From: Eledone cirrhosa
Taxonomy: Eukaryota
Assembly (NCBI GenBank): GCA_964016885.1
Contig: OZ024741.1
Location: forward strand, 59,582,001 to 59,646,000
DNA length: 64,000 nucleotides
Direction: 5' to 3'
How positions within the stretch are numbered: position 1 is the stretch's first letter; each line of letters starts with the position of its first letter. The translations under genes and the position numbers were made by a program. The notes beneath the pieces were generated by a model. The model was given only the letters and a program-made list of their open reading frames with translations, was not told where the DNA came from and did no database searches. Shown here in pieces: positions 53,182-64,000 of this stretch.

Positions 53182-53644
53182 ATATATATATATATATATA
53201 TTTCGTATTACCCTCTCTACTACCCTAAGTATTGAGTACTCTGGTGCGTAATAGTCCATCTGGTTCCTTACCACACTTCCTTCGTTATATATATATATAT
53301 ACATGCATACATGATTCCGTAAATGGCGCCGTATTTACATACTGCGTTTCTAGTGTATTTTTAAACCCGTTCCCTCTCTACTTCTGAATACAGTCAGTAC
53401 AGAAAGATACAAAGTGAGAGAGGGGTAAGAAAGAGATATAGGAAATTAAAGTGAGAGAGGGGTCGAGAAAGAGACCTAGAGGATGAATAATCGACCCCAG
53501 TTCTAGACTGGTACTTTTTTTATCGTCCTCGAAACGATGAAAAGCAAAGTTGATATCTATCTGACGTTCTCAGTACTCTGATAATACACCAACTTCTCTC
53601 TCTCTCAATCGCTCTCCCTCTCTCTATATCTCTCTCTCTCTCTA

Positions 53645-53685
<41 letters not shown>

Positions 53686-53749
53686 ATGCATATATATATA
53701 TATATATAGTTTTGCGAGGTTTTTTATATGAAATCGTGTGTCGAAACAG

Positions 53750-54355
53750 ATATTGTTATATTTGGGGAGGGTCATATTTGCGTAATATTGCCAGAATTAA
53801 TAACAGACCACACTCACTGTTTGGTTGGTTTTCGCTTCTCGCTGTCTTTTATATATATATATCTGCGATCTAACTTACTCGGTCCTCAATGTTGCCATTG
53901 ACTGACCGGCGGTCAAAAATAATACAGATACAATATAGACAAACACATATATATATAGTTTACATAAATCTTTCGTTGCACATCTGCAACATCGTCAGTG
54001 GTGTTATATTCATTGTTCCTCCTGTTGTGTTGTATGTCTACGCCATTTTTTTTTTTTTTTTTTTTTTTGGCGTAGACATACAACACAACAGGAGGAACAA
54101 TGAATATAACACCACTGACGATGTTGCAGATGTGCAACGAAAGATTTATGTAAACTATATATATATGTGTTTGTCTATATTGTATCTGTATTATTTTTGA
54201 CCGCCGGTCAGTCAATGGCAACATTGAGGACCGAGTAAGTTAGATCGCAGATATATATATATAAAAGACAGCGAGAAGCGAAAACCAACCAAACAGTGAG
54301 TGTGTTCTGTTATTAATTCTGGCAATATTACGCAAATATGACCCTCCCCAAATAT

Positions 54356-54363
<8 letters not shown>
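53750..54363. repeat. Near-perfect palindrome, ~296 bp arms, T23 run at the centre (54046-54068), HHR-like core in each arm
   Basis: One mismatch seen between arms. CTGACGA-T-GTTGCA-GATG-TGCAAC-GAAAG at 54115-54143. Diverged relative at about 50463-50625. Confidence 0.95.
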
Positions 54364-54428
<65 letters not shown>

Positions 54429-56299
54429 AATATATATATTAAAATATGAATTGTGTGCTACCTACAATAGGTGCCTGACAGTTGCGTCGACGCCGCATGG
54501 GATCATCGGCAAGTGTCATTTACAATTATCTATTGTAAGTGAAACTGGATAGATGGAAAATGTTTGGAAGCTTATCGGCTGTAATTCGAAAGGCCAGATT
54601 GTCACATAATACGTTACGCTGAATCTCTGTGAGGTTACGGATACACGTTTCTGGAGAATGCTTAGACTCATACACATTATGTTAATGCTTAGACTGCTCT
54701 CTTGTTTGAACAAGTAGAACACACATCCTCGAAACTGATGGGGATCCATTCCAAGTGTTAATGGAGGGCTTTAAATGAAATATTGAAATATGAAATTGTG
54801 TGACATATACAAGGATTGAGTGAGACAGTTGCACTTTCATGCTATTTACAACACTTGAAACGAATCAATATGACATGTATTGTAAAGAATTGAACTTACA
54901 TACCGTGCGTTAATTTAGATCGACAACTAATGATATATGACAAGAGAACAACGATATATGAGCATGATTGTACAAACGAGATAGTAGTTAGACGTGTAGA
55001 GAGACCATTCTGTTACGTCTGTTGCCAATATATATTAAACCTAAGCTATAATTATTTGAAAATATACCTCAAAAGACGTGAAGAAACTGCTGATATATAT
55101 AGTTCCAACCTCAAGTGTTCCAATTGTTTTGACTAACAGAACTACTTACCCTTGAAATTGAAATGCAAGTAGCTGAAGATTCCTCAGGCATGTGCAAACG
55201 TAACTTGATCTATGAATTTAGTGAGTTAATGCTGTACTCTCTTTGATTTGATTATTTAATATATCTAGGGTGGTGAATTGGCAGAATCGCTAGAACGTCG
55301 GACACCCTGCTTCGTTTTTCATCCTTACGCGGTCGATAAAATAAAGTACCAATTGGGGTCGATTTAATCGACTTTCCCGCCCCCCCAAATTGCTGGCCTG
55401 GTGCCTATATAAGAAACCATTATTTAATATATCTAAGCTATCACATTTTCATTTAAACGCTTTATTATGATACACTAGTAAGTTAACTGATATCTTTTCC
55501 TATATATACCAACGATATAATGGTTCAAGTATAGCACTGTATAGTATCTTTCTGTTAGCTGGATAAAGAATTTAGAGGGCATCAGATAGCTATGGCTGTA
55601 GAAAGGTGACCAGTGTATAGCACAGGCACAGACGGGGTCTTGATCAACACCGGTTGTATATTGTAAGATCTGACACACCTAGTAACTTCAGGGTATAACA
55701 TTGATATGTCCACGGTTTCATATCTGTGGATGCGTTAATACCTACAGGTTAAGGTTAAAAGGACTGCTTATTAATTCTCTGTTGAATATATAACCAGATA
55801 CGACCCCTCATTTCATCTGTTTTCATCTCGTTATTCTAATAATTTTTGGTCCAATGCCGATTATTATTTGGTGGTCAGCTAATGTAATACAACATTATGT
55901 ACAATTACAAAATATAATATAAGAATACGGATTGTAAACTTAGTCAGTGCTTTTGTGTTTATTGTAATGAAACCAAATTATCATTGATAAAGACTGCAAT
56001 AAAATAATTTTACTATTCTATCTGTTGATTTCATAAAGTTGAATATAACAAAAGCTCTTTGATGACAATAATATTTTATTGGCAAAATTTAAAAGCTATG
56101 AAAGATATCAACAATAGGCTGAACATATCATATAACATCTTATAAATTCGTAGAACAACATCTAATTCTATACACAATATTAAATTTATATTTTATATTA
56201 ATACTTGCTTTGCTTAAGCTGTTTCTTATAAATAGATATTTACTCAATAACGACTTTCAAAATTCTAAAGATTCTTTCTAATCAATAGGAACATATAAT

Positions 56300-56642
56300 G
56301 GTTTAACAGTTGAAATGTGTTCGCCTTTATAGGTTCAGCAAGAACGTATCTCTCTGACAATGATATATATATATATAGTATAAGGTCAGTAACCGACTGT
56401 GTCTCTGAATAAAATATAGTTGATAGGGACATTAAGACCTCTGACAGTAATATATATTCTATAGGTTCAGAAAAAGGGTATGTTTTCGACAATAATATAC
56501 ATATTTTGTAGTAGCATCCTCAAATGGATGCACGAATTGGCATATTATTAGCGCTCAGGTTAGTAGTTAAGGAAGATATATATCGAGCAGTATGATTAAG
56601 AATCCGAAGTATATGACAGTTATATCTGTACATGCTGTACAT

Positions 56643-56673
<31 letters not shown>

Positions 56674-57395
56674 TGAATGTGACTCTCATTCCTGCTCTTG
56701 TGTTGGCATGTAAACAGAACTGCAGACACTAATGTTTCTGGGTATTACTCTTCATCAGTACAGTTCACTGTTCACCTGCCAACAGAAACATTAGTGTCTG
56801 CAGTTCTGTTTACATGCCAACACAAGAGCAAGAATGGGGGGCTCATTCTACTGACATGGCTTTAAAAAAGAGGCTGTTTGCATAATTGCAAACGAATCGA
56901 ATGTTATTATTAATATTCGAAAAACTCAGATTACATTTATTGTATTCAGCCATGTAGAGCGAAAAATTCTTTTTTTTTTAAGTTTGAATATGGCATAGCT
57001 GGCCATTAATCGCTCGTATACAAGAAACTAACTGGCCAGTCTGCTGATATGCAAATCTGTCTGATCAGTGGATCTGCTAATATGCAGATCTGACTGATCA
57101 GCCAGTCTGCTAATATGCAAATCAGACCGATCAGTCACTGTATATTTTAGAAAATATCATATATTTTCACTAGCTCTGACAGTTACCAGGTAAACCTATA
57201 AAGGCGAACACATTTCAACTGTTAGGGTAATACTCAGAAACATTAGTGTCTGCAGTTCTGTTTACATGCCAACACAAAGCAATAATGAGGAGCTCATTCT
57301 ACTGACATGGCTTTAAAAATGAGGCTTGTTCGCATAATTGCAAGCGAATCGAATATTATGATTAATATTCGAAAAACTCAGATTATATTTATTTT
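56300..57395. repeat. Mosaic of inverted and direct repeats around an HHR (pLTR-like)
   Basis: 56690-56740 inverts 56784-56835; 57236-57395 repeats 56784-56942; 56305-56335 inverts 57193-57223; ~33 bp tandem at 57035-57135. Confidence 0.75.
56718..56765 (-). ncRNA. Minimal type I hammerhead ribozyme
   Basis: AACTGTA-CTGATGA-A-GAGT-AAT-ACCC-A-GAAAC-ATTAGT-GTC-TGCAGTT. Confidence 0.75.
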
Positions 57396-57600
57396 ATATA
57401 TATATATATATATATACTATCCCCGAGTCTTCCAACAGTAATGGTTGCATTTTGTAAGGGTATGTCAATATTTATTTATAAAACCGATATATATTGTATT
57501 TTGTCTGATGAAAGCATACCATAATTTAACATGATGTCCTTGAAATATGTATAATAAAATAGATATGGTTTTATAAATATAGTTTCCATTTGTTAATATC

Positions 57601-57640
<40 letters not shown>

Positions 57641-57737
57641 GCGATCTACAACAACCTGGGACAAACATACGCAAGAAGAATTTATATATATACCTGTATA
57701 TATATATAGATAGACAGATAGCTATTTAGATAGATAT

Positions 57738-60700
57738 CTTTCTTTATTTGCCACAGGGGCGTAAAAAATGGGACATTACAAGACGTGACGGCGGGAGTTT
57801 TACATAAAAATAACTTTAATACATAACAATAAACTATATATAATAAAATAACAATTGAAATCCCCAGTAGGGGCGGGGAGGGGGGGGCGTTACTGCAGGG
57901 TTGTTTTACACCCCGTGGATAGAACAACCCTCAACACTAGGAACACGTTTTGTAGGTGTTCCTGTCTTCCCTCTGTTTATCTTCCTCAACCTACAGGTTT
58001 ATATACAGAGAAGGCCCATTCACTCGTGCCATTTTCGCCACATTCGCCCACCTTTCAGCGAATTTACTGGGGTGAAGCACCTCTCGCTCCACTCCCACCT
58101 TCCTTCTGAAGTGATACTTAAAGAAGGGGATAAGTTGTTGTCCGGAGAGAAAGTTGTTTGCCCTCAGTCCTTTTAACCTCGTCCACCATATTACCTCTTT
58201 CGCCATGGCCACCAGACAGAGGAAAACTGCCTCTCCTTCGTTCTTAAATGAAGGCGGCGGGGTGATCATCACGATGGATTCGGCTGACAACTGGATGCTT
58301 CCCACACGTGACAGCAGCTGTTCCACACAATTCCACAGGTCGGTCACCCCTGGGCACTGAACAATTGTGTGCAGAACGGTTTCGATGTCCAGCTCGCATC
58401 TTGGACAGGTCCTTTTGGCAGGATCTCTGCCAGGGCGTCCGTGCCTGTAGATTTTGTCTCGAACTGGTAGAGCTCCTCGCTGGCACTGCCAGGCCAGAGA
58501 CCTCTGGAAGTTATCCATTGGCCCTGGAAGGAAAGTCCTCCCGAACAGACTGGTCAGTTCGTCCTCCTCGATGCCTAGAGTTTCCCCGAGAACGTCGTCG
58601 CACCTATCTTCCACTAATCCCCTATAGAATGTCGAATTGGAGTCTCCGCTGATTGCCGTTTCTGCTTGGTAGAGAGCTGTGAGCGCCTGTAGGCACTCGA
58701 GGTGCCAGGCACCCATTTTCGGTCTTCTCTTGACCCAGGACTGCATCTCTGTGAGTGAGACGAGTTGTGGAAGAGGTTGTCTCACAAACGATAGCCACAC
58801 CGGTTCACCGGTCAGGAATACCTGGAGATGGCGTAGCCTCAGTGCATGTTTGCGAATCATCAGCCAGGGCATGCCCAGTCCTCTATTAGAAGGGTGTTGA
58901 CAGCAGATGGATCTCCTCACCAATGGAGCCTGTTTCTTCCAAAGGAACTTGAAGAATAGGCTTCCATTTTGGTAAGGTATTCGCGGGGGCAAGGCACGAC
59001 TATCAAGCGGTAGTAGATGACGGACGCTAAGTAAGTGTTCGCCCCCTCCGCTCGACCTTTCCAGGAGAGTTTGCACTCAGCCCACTTCTGGGTGAGAGCA
59101 AACACCTTCATCGTGACCTCGTTCCAGTTCATGTCCACCTGGAGGTTTGGACCGAACCAGACCCGGAGCAATTTCACCGGTCCTTCCACCCAGCGTCCAA
59201 TGACACTGTCGGAAGGCATGGGTTTGCCTCTCCATGTGCCGAGTTGCAAACCAACAGACTTGTTTGGGTTTAGTCTTGCTCCTGTCAACGTTTCGTATTC
59301 CTGTAATAGGTTGCCGATTACCCTGATTTCCGAGGTTTTCGACACCATTACTGTTATGTCGTCGGCATAGCCCGATGCTGCTTTCCGCAGTCCTGGTTCG
59401 ATCAGGATGCCCTGCAACAGCTCCAACTTCCGCAGTAATGGCTCGAAAGTCAGTACATACAGAATGGAGGAGAGAGGGCATCCCTGACGGATGGGACACA
59501 TGATTTGGAATGGCTCTGATAGGTAGCCATTCACCTTGACTGCCGAGCAGATGCTGGTGTGCATGGTAGCGATCCAGCCTCTGAAGACGGGACCGAAGCC
59601 GGCCGCCTTAAGAACTGCTTCCAAGTATTGATGATCGACCCTATCAAATGCCTTAGACTGATATAAATTGATCAGAGCCCCACCGAAGCCAGGTTTACAC
59701 CCTACCCTCTCTATGATGTATCGCATGAGGTGGAGGTTGTCGTGTATGGACCTGGTCGGGATTACACACCTTTGGGATTCCCCTACCATGTTCTCGACGA
59801 CAAGCGCCAGTCTTGCTGCTAACACCTTGGCCAACATCTTTAACTCTGTGTTGAGTAGAGTTATGGACCTGAAATTGCTTATCTCATCCCCCTTGTTCTC
59901 ATCTTTCCTAATCAGCGTTACTACGCATCTGCCTACAGAACTGGGAATCCTCCCGTTCTGCTGCCAGTTGCAGTAGACCGCTTCGAGGACGCCAGAGAAC
60001 AAGTCTGGCATCCCTATGTAAAACTCATCTAAACCGGGTGATTTGCGTTTCCCGCAGTGGCCTAGGGCATCTTCTATTTCGGCCGCTGTGATCGGCCTAT
60101 TCAGCTCTCTGCATCCATGCTCCTGACCCGCGGTACGCCGTCGAGGTAGGAGCTGAAGTCCATCACCTCGCTCGATGTACCGCTTTGCCTGAACAGTTGT
60201 GCAAAATGCTGCTGGAAGGCCGTGCACATCTGCTTGGATTCAAGTATAATACATCCATCTTTGTCTTGCAAAGACCAAATTGGGGATTTGTTGCCACTTT
60301 TCGCCTCTGCCACTCGGGCCCAGCTAACAGTTTTGGCTCCCTCGTTTCTTAGAGCACGTGTTCTACTTTTGTCAATACAACCTTTGTGTTTCACGTTGAA
60401 GATCTGGTCTAGTGCCGTTCTCGCCGCTAGCACGTCAGCTAAACTGCCATTCCTAAGTGCCTCTTCTATTTTAGCTACCAGTTCCTTTTCAGTTTTTTTT
60501 TTCTAAAGCTACTTCCTTGCTAAATGCTACCGATTCTATTCTAATTGCTCTCTTGAGAGAGCTCCACCACCTGTTGTTGACTATCGCCCTCGTAAAATGG
60601 CACTTAAGTAAGGTGCTAATCCGTTTAGGCCTTACGCGCCGGGAGCGACATGTTTAGTTTCCAGTATCCGGGTCCCTGTCTATGTGTTCTATCAAGGTTG

Positions 60701-63180
60701 ACTACGCAGGTGACTAATTTGTGGTCTGAATAGGCAACCATGTGCATTTGTGGACAGCTTAATGTTTCCTTATCATTCTGTCTAATTAAAAATCTGTCTA
60801 AATACGATCTAGAAGACCCAGTGCGGCTGCTCCACGTCCACAGTGGTGCACTTGAGAAGTCTAGTCGATATGTATCAGCCAGTTGGAATTGGCTGATGAG
60901 ACTTTTGAGGCGATTACACCCCCCTCTAATATCACAATATCACAAGCTCCTACATAGTCCCAACATGCGTCTAAGATGCCATTCCAGTCCCCCGCTAACA
61001 CTAAGGAGTGAGACGTTCCCAGGAATGGCTCCATACGCTTGAAGAACTCTGGTCGCGATGTATCAGTCGGGGCATATACGGCCACCAGTCTGAGAGCTCC
61101 ACCTTCCCTTCCATTCACGCCCGGGACCACCAGGCGGCCCTCCGGGTCCAAGTGAATCGTCTGTATTTTGAGATCCAAGATTTTTCGAAACAGAAGAGCA
61201 ACTCCCCCTACACCTCCTGGCTGACAGAGAGATGCGTAGATCTCAAAATCATCGAACATGGGGGTTAGCTGCTGCTTGTCATGAATCCTGGACTCGGTGA
61301 TGGCTATCACATCTATACAATGTGACATGAGATCATTCAAAAGCTGACCCTGTTTCCAGGACATGCCTAGGCCACGTACATTCAAACATCCAGCTTGTAT
61401 AGTCGCCATATTGGTGAAGAAGAGTTAAGGAGAGAAAAGGCAGGAACTCTTACCTTTTCGTTTCCTGGAGGTTGGGTTGTTCGATCTCCATGTCCAGATT
61501 GGTGGTGTTTGAGGAGGGAGGGAATCCTTTTAGCATGACACGGTTAAGGGGCTTTTGGCAAGGGGGGGTCTACATCATGTGGGAAGTTCTCTTTTAAAGT
61601 TTCATACTGTAGGGTTGTTACCCTGACAAGTTTGAGGTTTGGAGGTGGGTCGTTGGTGGGGAAGGTTTTCCCCTCCGTTTGTATTGTGGGGTCTTTCGGA
61701 CAGTTTCCACCAGTTCTTTGTTTCTTGTTTTTATGTATGTGTAATGTGTTTTGTTTTTTGTTTTTTATGTGTACTGTTTCTGTTTGTAGTTTTCTTTTTG
61801 TGGTTGGGGTTTGTGATTGTGGTGGTGTGGGTGTTTGTTTTGTTGGTGAAGTATTTTTCTGTGTTGGTGCTGTTTGTGTTGTTGATGTGTTTGTCGTTTG
61901 TGGCGGTGTGTTTATGGTGGGGTTGGGTGTGTGCATGTTTTCTGTAGATGTTTTTGTGTCTTTTTTTGTGGCTTTTATGTTTTTTGGGGATTTTTGTGGT
62001 TCCCCTTCATTCTCACTTGGAGATCTAGAGGTTCCCGTGTCTGAGACTTCTGAATCAGGGGTAGATGGGAGGGGTATGTTGTGTGGTGGAGTATTTGTGC
62101 ATGTGTTTGTGGAAGTATTTGACAAGGAGGGAGGAGGCAATGGATGGTGTTTCAGTAGGATTTTGTGTGTGGTTGTCTCTGGTCTGTGGTGTTGTGGGAG
62201 TGGATGTTGCAGGTTTTTGCGTTGAGTTTGGTTTGGAGTGTTGATGTTGGGGTTTTGGTGTTGGTAATAACACCTCGGTTTGTTTAAGAGAGAGCAAAAG
62301 GCCTTTAAGTGTGTGGTTTTTCCCACACTTATGGCACTTAGGTCTTTTCCCCTCCACTAAAATTGAGATGACATCTTCCCCAAGGACGACCCTGTCCGGT
62401 ATTTGCTCAACTCTCTCTGGCCTCATTTGTACCAGAACCTCGCTGCAGGTTCCAAACCAGTTATGCCGGTCTGTCCTGTCTACAGATAGGAAGGTGTCCT
62501 CATCCTTCTTCAGGATGCAGCGTAAGATCCACCATATGTTGACCTCTGCTGGGATCCTGGTTATTTTTATTTTGTAGGATCTTCTTCCCATGTATGTGGG
62601 GGAAGAAGATGTGTTGATCCGTTTTTATTGGGTGAACCGAGTGTTTTGTGCCAGAGTTTCGCTCTTAAAGAGCATTGACACACTTCCATACTGTTTACCT
62701 CTTTGGAGATATGCCATGTCTGGCTTGATATCTGTTAGTGCAGCTTCAATATTGCTTGTTGGGAGCGTTATGGGTTTTTGGTAATAATGTCAACTGTTCT
62801 ATGAATTAGTTTCTTTTTTCTTTGTCATTTCTCTTACTTGTGGGGGCTATGTGTATGTGTGGGGTGTCTCCCTCAAACGTCACATATTTGGAAGCTTCTT
62901 CCAAATATTGGGATTTTTGGGAAATGTCCATGGAGTAGTATTTAAAATCCTGTTGCTTAGCAACTGTTGCTGCAAATGAAATTTTGTTATTGTTGTTGTC
63001 GGTGGTGATGATGGTCTCATTCGTTTTGTTGCCACTGATTCCTTTTGTTGTGTTGTTGTTGTTCTCATTTATTGTGTTGTTGTTGTTGTTGATATTGCTT
63101 GTGGTGGTGTTAGTATTTGCTACATATACTTCCTTCTGTGTGTGGATACATGTGAGGTTTGTGACGTCAGGCGTGTTCAT
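57738..63180 (-). mobile_element. L1/Tx1-clade LINE, third diverged subfamily, near full length, frameshifted
   Basis: ORF1 about 63180-61450 with CHKCGK..HLKAFC. ORF2 61409-57991 with APE, RT (GYADDIT) and CPRC..ETVLHTIVQC. 3' AATAAA. 5' boundary unclear. Confidence 0.93.
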
Positions 63181-63714
63181 ACTATTCAGGTCACGTCATA
63201 TGTACTATGTAAACGGAGATTTGATACCTGATCATTTTCTTTGTTTTCCATTCTTTTCATTTTATTATAAATTGTTATATTTTTGGATTATCTTCTATCG
63301 CTATTGCCTCATGATTGATCATGATTCTGGTAGATTAACATTAACATTACCATTTATCGGCACATAAGAATAGATTTTGCTTATTGACATCTTTATTTGG
63401 GTAACATTTCCGTGACTTTACTATGTGTTGAAACATCTATATTGTTGTATAGATCTTAGTTCATCAAATGTTATTCCGACATCAGACTAGTATTTATTTG
63501 AAATAACTTTTGGATTTTATCGTTATTGCTAGCAACCGTATATATTATAGATTATTCAACTTTCCTTTTTATGAACCAATAAAGGTACATTATGTTGTGT
63601 AGAAAAAATATCCTACACACGCTAAATATGATTGTGTTTAAGTATAAAATAGCATGTGTCCTTTTCTTTTTACTTTCATTTTTAGTTGATAAGTAAGAAT
63701 ATATGATTTATATT

Positions 63715-64000
<286 letters not shown>

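Noticed and set aside
53889-54224. Two near-identical 103 aa ORFs on opposite strands
   Set aside because: Consequence of the palindrome; no recognisable domain.

Overview
Eukaryotic, AT-rich, microsatellite-dense DNA made almost entirely of retroelements. I see no host gene. The SINE types and (TA)n/(CA)n load resemble an octopus/cephalopod genome (inference). Contents: five L1/Tx1-clade LINE copies (all minus strand, all disrupted), three R4/Dong-clade RLE LINE copies (all plus strand), one near-full-length RTE LINE plus fragments, four Penelope-like (PLE) remnants, and tRNA-derived SINEs. The main unexplained signal is a dense set of about 17 type I hammerhead ribozyme (HHR) motifs, intact or degenerate, from about ten sequence-unrelated non-coding repeat families. 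They occur as ~480-535 bp tandem or terminally redundant monomers, or as fold-back palindromes, and nearly all abut (TA)n. One family (39.3 kb and 51.3-52.5 kb) shows compensatory base changes in helix II and looks like a retrozyme. Also notable: a 5' splice-site consensus at the ORF1 stop of all four ORF1-bearing Tx1 copies, and shared use of (AAT)n by Tx1, Dong and a SINE. All structures and alignments were read by eye; boundaries are approximate.
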